A stretch of 64,000 nucleotides of DNA from Yuukianura sp. NJ FZ-2021. Taxonomy: Eukaryota. The position numbers were made by a program, and so were the translations under genes. The stretch is taken from the NCBI GenBank assembly GCA_046563655.1, contig CM102284.1, positions 6,138,001 to 6,202,000 on the forward strand. The letters are read 5' to 3'. Every line of letters begins with the position of its first letter. Within the stretch, counting starts at the first letter, position 1. The notes under the pieces were generated by a model. That model saw nothing but the letters and a program-made list of their open reading frames with translations. It did not search any database and was not told the origin of the DNA. Positions 13,890 to 26,300 of the stretch are shown piece after piece.

Positions 13890-14790
13890 TTCCACCAAAA
13901 AAGTTGCAAAAAAGTAAAATCTGTAAAAACCAAACCAAAAATGAAGTTCACTGAATTGTTTTTCTTTTTCTCAATCTATTTTTAAATCCATGTTTCAGTT
14001 TTGAAAAAAGTTGGAAATTGAGTAATCCTTGACCTCTTGTCATGAACATGAAAACAATGAAACTAAAAAACCGGTTTGTCGTGTGCCATCATCTCATTTT
14101 CTACCGGAAAATCAACTTTTACTTTTTCATAATTTGAATTGAGTGCAAAATACAAGTTTCTTAGTTGGAAAATGACGTAATAGAAATTTGAAATGAAAAG
14201 TGAATTTTGAAAAAAGAGGAATTTCCACTTTCTATGTACATAATAAGAAAACCAAAATGACTCACCTTTGGTTTCAAGTCAAAATGAATATGGATGATTA
14301 CTTCAATTTTCTTTTCCCACAAAACCCACGCACAGTACCGCTACTTTTAGACCACTTTTCAAACTCACTTTTTTCAAAAAATTTGTCTGTTTCGCGAAAA
14401 ATCAAAAGAACCACTTCAATTTGGTTCAAATATTCGAAATTTTGACTAAAGTAAAAAAAAACTTTGTTTTAACTCAGGGTCTAAAAATTATAAAATTGTC
14501 AAATGTCGAAAAATTTCACGGTTGAACGCCACTCAAAAATAATTATCTGCTTGATTTCAAAAAAACTTCTTTTTGATCTTTTTTGTAGATTTGACAAAAA
14601 CTTTTAGTACAACAAAAATTTGCTGTTGGATAACTTTTGCAGTGTTTTTTGCAGCAAATTTTTTTAAAATTTAAAATTTTGAACAACTGCTGGCTGGAAA
14701 ATGTTGTCTGCACAGCTAGTCGTACGCGTGGGACTTGACGAAACAGGAGAGTCTGAAGCGTCACTGCGTGAGTGTCGGCGAGCGAGAAGG

Positions 14791-14796
14791 AACTGA
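14791..14796 (-). promoter_or_regulatory. Putative initiator (TCAGTT) of the ZP gene
   Basis: Arthropod Inr consensus on the minus strand, upstream of a plausible 5'UTR exon that ends at a GTGAG donor near 14265 and splices to an acceptor near 13920. Confidence 0.35.
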
Positions 14797-16476
14797 ATGT
14801 GGTCCACGACGTTTGAGCAGCAGGTGAGTAGGACAAGGAGGCACCTAAGAATAGGCTAAGGATCCCAATTCAAGTACTCAGTCACTGGGGAAGAAGTAAC
14901 AATTTGGCCCAGATGAAAAGTGTAGTGTGAAGATGGGTCCGAGTGGGGAGAGGAGCCACCGTGGTGGGTAAGTTCCGTTAGCATATGAAGGGGCTAACCT
15001 AATAATAAATAAACAACGTCAGTGGGCCGTGTCATTTCATTACTAGCCTCGATTCTTGGGACAGCCCTACCCTATGCAAAGTGAGCCACCGAACATTTCA
15101 AGATGCTCAGGGGATGAGGGATGAAAACCTAAAAGTAAAAACGGAACAAAAGGGATGACCCCATTAAACGCTCTAACCGGATCACTCTTACTCCAATCAC
15201 GCCAACATCCGCAAAAACCACAAGAAAAAGTAACCGGAAACTCCAATTTTGGATTTTGAAACTCAAAGTTTTCAATTTGAAATTATGCAACTCCGTATAT
15301 CTTTCTGCCAATTGAAGCTGAAATGAGATGAGAATAAGAAAATCTAAATCTACAAATTTTAAATAAGAAAATTAGAATAAGAAAATTTAAATGTAAAAAG
15401 ATTCTAAAAGATGACTGGAAAAATGCGAAAATTAAAATTTGTCGAAGTAGTTTTTCCAAATTTTGTGAATCAGAATTGGAAATATGACGTAAGAAATAAT
15501 TTTTCATGTTGAGGTAGAATTTAAATTTTTGTTTGAATTTGAATTCGTAATAAGATTCCGTTGAAAAACAATTCCAACATGTCCACAATTTTAAAATATT
15601 GAACAGGTTTCCAGTAGTTCACAAAATCACATTGAAAGGAGACGCCTTAGGTCAAAGGTCAACTAAAGTAAATTCTTAAATTTTAGTTGTTTTCTTTTTT
15701 TCCGATACAACACGAAATTCTTAGTTTCGTAAATTGTGAAAGATTTGAGTATGCATGTTAGCAAATGATGCTTAGATGAGATCAGCAATTCCCTTAATGG
15801 AAGGCAAAATTAAAAAGTTTTGTTTATGAATCATATTGTGAGACCAAAGTTGAATTTGAATTGAAGATGACTACAAAAGTGAAGATGAGTGTGAAGATGA
15901 TTTGAAAAGAAAGTTGAAGTGAGTTTTCACAAATGGTTTAAGATTTTGTGGTCAAACGATTTTAGTTAATTAAAGTAAAGAGGGCACTTAATGCCTGAGT
16001 TTTAATTAAAATTAACAAAGCCAAAATCACCTCAAGAAGTTGACACACATTTTCTACCTCAGCGGGTCAGAATTTCACTTTAATAACAACAAAAAAATTT
16101 TGTTTTCAATTTTTCTTGGTCTAAATTCAAAAACTTAAGGAAATCTGTAATTGTTCAAAAAGTCTTAAATTTAAAATTTCGCCAATTAAATCAAGGTTAA
16201 GTCCAAATTGTGTGAAATGAGCTTGGTTTAAGGCTAAGAGTACAGTAGCAGATTAGACAGAATCAAATTTTTGAATCTGTATTGTCGAATTTTTTTGAAT
16301 CTCTCAAATTTCAGCATACTTCAGTGGCATCCAAAAAAAAATTCGAATTAAGACAACATTTCTATTCTCATTTTGTATAGATAAATTCGTCGCGTTTTTC
16401 CCGAGGGCATTGGAAATTTTTGGAATAAAATTCTTCAAAAATTTTGAACTACTTTTTTTGTACACAATTTTGCAGT

Positions 16477-17390
16477 CAGAGTTGGCAGCTACCCACCCCC
16501 CCAGGTTTTACCCCCCCTGGGTAAAAACGGGTAAAACTGGGTAGAAAATTTTTGAAAAACCCAATGGGTTTTTGGGTTTTTCAGAGTATATGAAATTTCC
16601 ACGCAAAAAAAATGCTGAGGCTTGAAAATCGTGTCAATTTGATATTGTACGGTTTATGTTGTTGTCTAGGCCCGTTTTTACCGTATAAAGTGCCCTTTCG
16701 GCTAATAAATAGCATGGCTTCGAATCCTGAGTTAACTTTTCATGATTTCTAAAAAGTACTGCACCGGGCGGCAACTGAAGTAGCCGCTTTAACCTACACA
16801 AATGTAACCTAAAGTGGCAACATAAGTTGCCGCAAAGTGTAGCCACTAAAAATGGGGGAATGGCTACACTGTGCGCCGCACAGTGTGCGGCGACAACGAC
16901 GGTCATTAAAGTTTACCTCAACCTAAAACGCTTACATTATAAATTGTGTATCTTACAATTAGTCTTTGGTGTACTCACTTGTCTCACCGATTTTTTCACA
17001 AACCGAAGTATGAATCTGCAAGTGCAACAGTGTTAGACTGTTCTGATTGTTTGTTTCTTCCTCCAAACAGGGTACCGAATTATTTTTTAGGTTTAACTTA
17101 TCTTTGGTCTTATTTTTGGCAATTATTTTGAACGATTACGAACTCAATGTTAATCCAAGCAATTTTACTATGCAGTGAAAACGCTATGAAACAACATAGA
17201 AGAAGGTGACAATTAACATGCAACAAATATACAGTCGGCCCATATTCATAACTTCCGTTTAACGCATGCGCCGCAACAGCTTCGTAGAAAAACCCAATTA
17301 CCCAGTAAACCCCATAAAACCCGGGGTTTTTCAGTTTTACCCGGGTAATTTGGGTAAAACATCTCAGTGGGGGGGTTTTTGCCAACTCTG
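16477..17390. mobile_element. Non-autonomous hAT-type MITE (inner, younger insertion)
   Basis: 11-bp TIR CAGAGTTGGCA...TGCCAACTCTG; 8-bp TSD TTTGCAGT at 16469-16476 and 17391-17398; subterminal AAACCC/GGGTAAAA repeats; no transposase. Confidence 0.85.
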
Positions 17391-17394
17391 TTTG

Positions 17395-18043
17395 CAGTGT
17401 TGGCAGCACCCCCACCCCACTGGGGACGGGGATGGGGATTATTGGGGTTTTCCCCACCCTCGGAAGTGGGGATTTTGGGGGTGATGGGGATTTAGTTTTT
17501 TTTATCCAAAATGGCTGACATTTTTTGTTGTTTTTCAATATAATAACATTGAAGTAATGTGATTCTAAAAGTCCGGTATTGAATATTTCATATTATATAT
17601 TATTTATAAATACATTATATTTATTATATAACATTTATATAATAATATCTGTACATGATATACTACAGACAGTCTGAATATCATTATGTTTTAACTTTAT
17701 ATGCTGTAGTTTATAATGTAATAATAATTATACTATAATATATTAAAACTAAAACATAATAACTATGTTATAATATATTAAAAATAATATAGAATATAAG
17801 ATATTCAACATTGGACTTAAATTGTAAAGTTTAATAACGATGGATAGCAACAAAGAACAAAACAGGGTGGAGTGTGGGAATGCTGGGGGTGGAGCTACGC
17901 TGAATTTTGGGTTTGCGCAGACGCTGCGCATGCGCTTTACAAAACATCGCCTGAGCCCCGATTTTCCCCAAATCCCCGGGGATTTGGGGATAACCCCAAT
18001 TCCCCGGGGAAAGCATATAATCCCCGGGGATCTGCCAACACTG
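17395..18043. mobile_element. Non-autonomous hAT-type MITE (outer, older insertion; original left end at 16473)
   Basis: 12-bp TIR CAGTGTTGGCAG...CTGCCAACACTG; 8-bp TSD CAATTTTG at 16465-16472 and 18044-18051; subterminal GGGGAT/ATCCCC repeats around an AT-rich core. Confidence 0.85.
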
Positions 18044-18961
18044 CAATTTTGTTTAGGCTTCATGAACTTAATCTAAGAGAGGAAGACGGATTTGACACAC
18101 AGAATTTAGCACAAATCTTGATAATTCGAAGAGAAAGACGCCTAGAAGAAATGTAGACATGCTCTGACATGACGTGAGGCAGTCAATTTTCGAATTTTCT
18201 TCTCTCTTTTTTGCATCACAAAAAGTGCAATTTTTGGCGTTTTTTTTTTGCTTAGCCTGACAATTACCACGTGATCAGCAATTTTCTATCAATCCATGTT
18301 AAAAGTAAATTTAACTGTTAATTTGTTAAAGTTTGAAGGGAGGAATCAGCGGATGGGGACAGTTAACTAATTACTATTTAAATTATTAATTAGTTAAATT
18401 AATTAATTATTGATTCAGTTGTATAAATTAAGTGAGGAGTGAGTGTACAAATTAGTATTATGAGTACATATATTAAAATATTGATTCTTAATAATATTTG
18501 TCCCATGGCCACACCGTGTAAAAAATATTTCAACGAAGAATCGGTGAACAGTGAGTGTCGGTAGCTACAAAGTCACAGTGTGATGTGTGTTGATTTTTGG
18601 GTGTCGTGCAGACTGCTTTCCAAAAAGTGGACCCTCGATTTTGGCAGGGTGCTATGCGGAGATTATGCGGAGCAAAAAGGTTCACCCTTATTTCGAATTT
18701 TATTTATGACGTCACTAACCTTGACGTCACTGTTTTGAGTGGAAATGGAGTGGCGGGACAAATGCGAATTTGAAAATTTTAAATTTCAGAACGATTGTAC
18801 TTATGGGAAAATGTTACAATTAACTTAATTAATTGAAGTAAGTTAACTTTTAACGGTAATTAGCACACATTAGTATAATTTTTTAATTGTAATTTTAATT
18901 TAATGCGTTTTTGTATGAAAACGGCATTTGTTGTTGCTTCATAGTTTCTCGAGCTGAACTA

Positions 18962-19973
18962 CCGTAAATGCTCTAATGCAAGCGCGTATTCTAATATAAG
19001 CGCATACTCTAATGCAAGCGCGGTTTGAGCGGGGACAAATTGCGATATAAGCGCGGTAGCTAACTTGAGTTTAAAACAGAGCCTAGAGCAAAGTGACATC
19101 ATCTGTTTAACTTCTACGTTGCTAATTTGATTCAAATCAAATTGTAGCACTTAAATACAAGTTTTAAGAATGGTGAAACCTAAAAGACGATCGTTTGATC
19201 TCAGTTTTAAGTTAAAAGTGGTTCAGTACACTTCTATTAATACCACGGATGGTACCGCAGCTCCCTTCGCAATACACCGAAAACAAGTCTTCAGTTGGCT
19301 AAAGCAAAAGGATAAAATCGGTAAAAATTTAACTAATTTTAACTTACGACTCGAGTTCTTCATGTACACTTCCAACTTTCCAACCTCGCTGTTACGAATA
19401 AAATTTCCAACCCAAATATTGTTGCCATGAACAGACTGGAATATTTTTAGACATGCCAAGTACACTACAGTGGACACAGTTGGAACGAAATCTATTTCAC
19501 TCAAGACTACCGGTATGTTAAGTATTTACAGCGTTTGCAATTTTCGACTTTTCATATTTCAAATTTCATTTGTAAGGAAATGAAAAGGCTCATGCCACTG
19601 TTGTTCTGGCTGCTCGTGCTGATGGCGTCAAATTAAAACCCTACGTTGTTTTTAAACAAGGAATCCGTGAGGTCAAAGTCCTGAAGACGAAATTTAAAGA
19701 CGTAGAAATTTCAAGCGGCAAAAACGGTTGCATGAAAAAACGAAATCGTCATTTTGGAATCTGACAGTGAAGGCGAAGACTCTGAAATGGAGCACATTGA
19801 AAGCTTTAAAGAAAGCAACAGTGACACCAGCGAGAAAGGGGATCACTATTAATTGAATTTAGGCTCACTTAAAACTTATTAATTATTCCGGTAATAAATA
19901 GTGTTCTAATAGAGGCGCGTCCGAAAGGTCGAAAATTCTTATAAGCGGCGCGCTTATATTAGAGCATTTACGG
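18962..19973 (+). mobile_element. pogo/Tigger-family DNA transposon, internally deleted
   Basis: TIR CCGTAAATGCTCTAAT(GC/AT)AAGCGCG at both ends, flanked by TA; ~17-nt subterminal direct repeats; N-terminal Brinker-type HTH (MVKPKRRSFDLSFKLKVVQY) and DDE_1 fragments (TTVDTVGTKSISLKTTG, HATVVLAARADGVKLKPYVVFK). Confidence 0.88.
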
Positions 19974-20385
19974 TATGAATATTTCTGTTCTTTTTCAGTG
20001 TGCCCATGCATGTATGGTGCAAAAAACTTAGCAAAGAATTTTGCATTTGTCATTGTTTCTTTTATTTTTAGCTCATCTGTTCTTACTTCTTCTTGTCGTC
20101 GTCGTTCACTTCTCTCTCGTCATCGTCGTTCTCGAATCAACTGGAACTACTAACGAAGTAAGTGTTAATGATCACTGATAAATCGGAGAGGAACAAGTGT
20201 ATATCTTCGTGGTTGACATTTTGAAGTAGTGGCAGACAAGTGACAGGTCAAGGAAGTCATCGTCGTCGTACCTGTAAACCTGTTGTGACTAATATTTAAC
20301 GATAAAGTTCCCATTCATTTCTCAATTGCCGGATCGGATCTGTCAATTAGTCAATTTGGTCATCGGAAAAGGAACCAGGGAAGGG

Positions 20386-23300
20386 ATGGGCACCCCGGGC
20401 CCGAGCGGGAGTTCGCCTGCTCCCGCTGCGGTTTTGGGAACATCAGGCATCACTGCTGACTGGAACACTATGATTAAGCCTTTGGTGACCTACTCTCTGG
20501 GTTCACTTACACGACTTGATTTGATCAGCTTTGTCAAAGTTATCGTGGAAAGGTATGGAATGAAAAGCTAACTTATCATTTGTATATGTGATGTTTATAA
20601 CTGAGTAAGTCTTTCTGAAACCGGTAAATCTGGAAAAAAAATTGACCATCGATATTTTTGATTTTTTTGAAACTTGGCATGGATGAAGTTACCACCAAAG
20701 GAGAATTTTTGGCTATCTTGATTTTGACCTTTGACCTTCAAGATGGCGGCCAGGTCAGGGCAAAGTTGGTAAAAATGGTTCCTTTGGACTAGGATAACTC
20801 CGGAACGAAACCACATATCGACATGGGGTCAACGGCAAATTGAATCCCATTAAATTCCCCAGATCCATTTTTCTTGCGGTGTCCCTAGGTGTCCTTGACC
20901 CTTGAGGTCAAGGGTCAGCCCTTATGACAACCCTTGGCAAGTAGTACCTCATTGGAAAGCTCTCGTCAAGCTGATTCGGAATATATATAGGTGTTTATGC
21001 TTTCGAGTGACCCCTTGACCTACAGAGGTCATGATATGCGTTCCAGGGTCAAAAAATCACTCCTTGACCTCTGTAGGTCAAGGGGTCACTCGAAAGCATA
21101 AACACCTATATATATTCCGAATCAGCTTGACGAGAGCTTTCCAATGAGGTACTACTTGCCAAGGGTTGTCATAAGGGCTGACCCTTGACCTCAAGGGTCA
21201 AGGACACCTAGGGACACCGCAAGAAAAATGGATCTAGGGAATTTAATGGGATTCAATTTGCCGTTGACCCCATGTCGATATGTGGTTTCGTTCCGGAGTT
21301 ATCCTAGTCCAAAGGAACCATTTTTACCAACTTTGCCCTGACCTGGCCGCCATCTTGAAGGTCAAAGGTCAAAATCAAGATAGCCAAAAATTCTCCTTTG
21401 GTGGTAACTTCATCCATGCCAAGTTTCAGCCAGATTAAAAAATACGCTGGTTTTGACATTTACCGGTTTCAGAAAGACTTACTCAACTAATTTTCTTTTA
21501 TATCATTTTAGTAAGCAAGACTTGGCGGAATCCGTTTCCAGATCACATCCTCACGCAGTATTCTACGATGTGCTGACGGTACTCGGTGCTCATGTGCTTA
21601 CTGCTGTCTCAAATACTGATCTTTGTAAGTGTTTACTGCTACCTAATCATGCTATGAAGCTCCATAATGTTTGATTTTAAATCGTAATTTAGTGCCGAGA
21701 TCGAGCTTCCCCGTGGCATGTCAAGCGGCAAAGATTTTGTGCGAGTCTCTTGTAGAGAGATTTCATCACATTCTAAAAAACCATAATCATCCTTACGTCA
21801 CTGTCAAAACATACATCAATGTCATTCAAGTAAGTTCGATAGAGTTGGAGCAATGATTGTGGGACTGAGAGTAATGGATTTAATTCATCTTGTACAGGAA
21901 TTTCACTCTGGAAAGGTTGTTGTCGAGATGGAGGAAGTCACTAGAATGCTATCATTGCTAAAGACTCGTCAACTCCCACCTAAAATTCAATCAACTGCGC
22001 CAAGTAAGTTCTCATCCTGGGCAATTGTCAGCTCCAAATCAGTCATTTCTAATTCAAATTAATTACTCTGAACAGGCGCATGGGACAAGGAAGGTTCAGT
22101 AAAAGAAAGTCGACGAACTCGCCTTGATCCTGCAATTCTGCTTTATGATCAAATCGCTTTGCCTATCGTCAGTACTTCATTTGAAGAACCCGCAAACGTA
22201 AGAATCAATAAGGAAGCTTGTTGTATGTTTTATGTTTCTTGCAGGACCCTTAACTAAACGTGAACATTTCAGGTACACTTGGCCAAAGAAGTGGTTCTGA
22301 ACTTCGAGCGTTTAAGCGCAGGTCAGAAGTTTGCTGAGGCATGTTTGTCATTGCCTGAACTCAAAAATTTCATCCCAGAGGGAACGAATATAACCGGCGA
22401 CGATGCTTATCTCAAATCGTTGTTCTCGGCATCAGCCTCGAAATACTCAGCGTAAGACTCTACATCATATATCTAAATCATAGAATTTCGTATTCTGTCT
22501 ATGTCTAATCATTTCAAAAAGGCTAACTTTGTTTAATTTTAGGGCGAGTTTGGTTTCGTTGGAAGAAGAACTGAACTTGGTTTATAAGCTGTTGGCAATG
22601 CCTATCTTTGGTCCAATGACATCCAATGAAGCTACACAACTAACTAAACTTGGTGCTTCTGTTCTTTTTGCTGCTTTCAATGTAATTCAGTTATTCTACG
22701 GTGGAGCTTCTGGTCCGCCAAAGACTGCTGATGATTATACGCGTGGAACTGGAATAGTTTCTCAAGCAATTTGGACTCAAAAGCGAATTGCATCAATTTT
22801 GAAAGATGACACGTCATTGCCACAGTCGGTATGATTTTTTTTTATAATCTTGTATTCAATTCAAATGAAGTGCAAAAGTGTAAGACTTTCTGATTTGAAT
22901 TTCAGACTTGGCTAAACTTCAGCTATGTAATGGCAAGATTGGATCTTCAATGTATTTACCTGTACATGTGTCAAGTAACCTCAGCCGAAGGGAAAAGCTC
23001 AGGGAAAGATTACAAAAGTGCAACATCACTCAATCTGGCTTCTGTCCAAGGTCATTGGAACGAACTTGTCACGGCAATGTCAGGACTGGCTATCAACCTT
23101 ATGCAAAACTTTGTCAACGTTCATACCGCTTCAAATGAAAATCAGGCTAGTCAACAACCTGCAACTGGAAAAGATGCCAAGGACAAACCTGCAGATTTTT
23201 TGCGTCAAATCGACCAGCCCCTTTCCTCTGCTGAAAGACTTCGTCTCTTTTTCAAAGCCGATGGACATTGTACCAATTTCATTGAATTGCTAATTCAAAT

Positions 23301-26300
23301 GATGACTCTGAGCTATCGAAAAGCCTGTTGTGTCAAGATGTCCAAATACTCGAGACCAAGTCATGAAGGCCCAGAGTTACCAAATGGAGCAGAGCCATCA
23401 GCAGTAGAAGAACGAAAGACGTCAACACATTTGGCACCTCCTACGGCACAAACAGGCGTAGGACGAGGATCTCGAAGTTCATCGATTGCGACTTCAGAAG
23501 AAATACATAACCGGGAGAATGAAATTGATGTGGAAATTGAAGACAATCAGAGTATTTCAGACTTTATGACCACTGAAGATGAAGATGAGGATGAAGAAAT
23601 TGGAGATTCGGATGAAGACGTTCAAATTATTTCAGAACGAACCGAACGAATGACTCGTCCCACGGACGAAGGTGATGAGGAATCCATTTTTGGAAATTGG
23701 TTTGAATCTCTGCTTGTCCAGAAATCTTCGGAGGAATCCACCAATACTCGAAAAGAGACTCGCGAAGAAAGGAAAGTGGAACGGGCTAATGGCGATGTTG
23801 TTGGTGGATTGGTGGAAGAATTTATCCGGGACAAAGCGAGTCCTCATGGGGTAAGTTGCAAATTCAAAATTTTCGTAATCAAAATTTAGAAAAATTGCCT
23901 TATTCGCCTGGTTGATGTTTGTTTCCAGTACATCGAATCTGCCCTGCTGACGCTCGGTTTTCTTACTCGAGATGTAGTGACCAATGGAATTCCGCAAGTT
24001 CAAACTGCTGTGAAAACTGGCTTCAACGAGCAAATGATGATGTTGATTGGACTTGTGATGAAGGACTTGGAAAAAGAAAAATGCACAACCGAAATCGGAG
24101 CAATCTCTTCCGTCTTCGATGATAAGCTGAATCACCTGTTCCTGGACTTTTCTTGTGAAGTTGGAAAACTTGTGCAGAATTTGATTGCTGCTGACGTACT
24201 ATCAGCAAGTCTTCTTTCGTTCTTCTTGGATCAACTTGGAATTGACTTGACCGGAACAGGGCGGTGGCCATTGGGGCTTCAGTCAAAGTAAGCATTTTTT
24301 GTTTCGAAAAAATTACTGCTCTTGGAAAATTTTTAGTAAATGTTTTTCATAATTTTGATTTTTTTAGGTCGCTTGCTGTGTTGGTGCAAGTCCTTCTTCT
24401 TCGACCCGACAAAGACCTGGTTGTTGTTCAGATTCTGAAACGTGCCCTTGATACCATGCTGGCTGATATTGGATCACGAACTGCCTTGCCGAGTTACGCT
24501 GACCTCTGCGTTGAACATGCGCAAACACTCGTTTTCCTCTTTCATACCTTGTCACTGATGCAAAAGAAGGGAATCATGATTGAAACGGCAAACACAATTA
24601 TCAAGGTCAGCTTTAAACTCAAGCATTTTTGAAGTACGTGTCAAGAAATAACATTGAAATCATCCTCTTTTTTTTGTCTAGGCTCGCAAAATATTGAACA
24701 ACGAAATTAGCCAAGACCATCAACTCCTGAGCCTTGGCCGTCTCCTGGTTATCTTTGACTACTTCGTCCGCCAACTTTATGAACCAGATTTGCGTCTCGT
24801 CACACAAATTCAATACAATTTGTTCAACCAGGACATTTCTTCATGGAATGAAAGTCAAAAACAAGTACATGGGAAAATCACGTCTGCTGACCTGGAAGCT
24901 TCCCTTCTCGAACCTCCAACTTCCAAACCGTTACCACCAGCTCGCCTCTTCTGCGACTGTTTGGAAGTTCTTGAAGCTGAAGATACAATAGACTCTACCC
25001 ATCCTATTCCATTCTTCTACAATTTGGTTTCAGCTGAGCCAAACTACCAAGAAACACCAAAACTCGATGGATTGTCTATGAATTTTTTGATGAACAAGAC
25101 AGAAGCAAAGGACAGAGTGGATTATGCCGATCTTCTCTCTGCATTATTCGGCTTGATGGAGGCTGAAATTCAAGAAGGACGAGATGAAGGCGGAATCCAC
25201 TACTTGGAATACTTTCTTACCAGAATCCTTTTCAGTCTGCCACCGCCAGTGGAATTCCTCAATGCTTTGAACAGTACTTCGGAAGCTGAAAGAAACTCAC
25301 TGCTAAGCCGCTATCCAGCAGTGCTCTATCTACTCGTTTGGGCTCCAAGGCTCAATCATCGTCAATTTGGCTCCTGGATAAGAGATGTCTTTTCTAAACA
25401 AGGTCTTCAGACTCAAGAGACTGACAACTTACTCTCGCGAACATCCGAAATGATGCGTGAATCCAAGTTTCTTCTACATTTGTTATCGAATACTGGCAAT
25501 TGGCTGACGAAGCAAAAGGAAATGAAAGGAAATTGCCCAGGAATTTTCTATGGAACGGAAGCAGTTTTCAACTATGTCAGACGAAGTCTCTCTGCTCCGC
25601 TGTCAATTGCATCTCCGGATTCGGATATCCTTTTGGACGATGTGAAGGAAAAGGATGGACCAAGTGAGAAAGCTGAAAAGGAATTTTTGGCGTTACTTTC
25701 TGAGCTACTCAACCAAGTTTTGACGCTTCTTCGGCTCAAGACGTTGAGTCGCATCAGGAAAACTGGTCCACTGGGAAAGGAAACTGTGGAATCCCTGTTT
25801 CACATTATGAGCATCAGTTCCAGCTACCTTGTGAATAATGCAGTGGCTCCTGTCATTATGAATCATCTGCAAGGACCCTACAAAGAGGCTCTGGAGAGTC
25901 TTAAAGAAATACTGCCAGTTACTGGAACAGCATTTCCACCGTACAGCATCAACATCTTTGGAGCGGATGTCATCCCGGGAGAGTCGTATCTTCATGCTGT
26001 CATTTCCAGGTATAATTCAAAAATGTCACAAAAAATGCATTGTAAATGAGTGAAAACTGTTTAAATTGTTCTATTTTTTTTATAGTCACATGCGTGTTGG
26101 TGAAATGTCTTCACTGAAGCATCTCCTTGGATCGCTGCTAACAGTCTACGAGAGCGTCCTAGGAAAATTTTCAGCCTGTGCAAAAGGAAATGGAAAATCA
26201 GAAATGTCAAAAGCCCTTACACCTCTGCTTTTGGATAAGAGCGGAGAATTCCTGGGTGAAATGATTGGAAAATTAGTCGATGGCGACGTGTATGTAAAGA

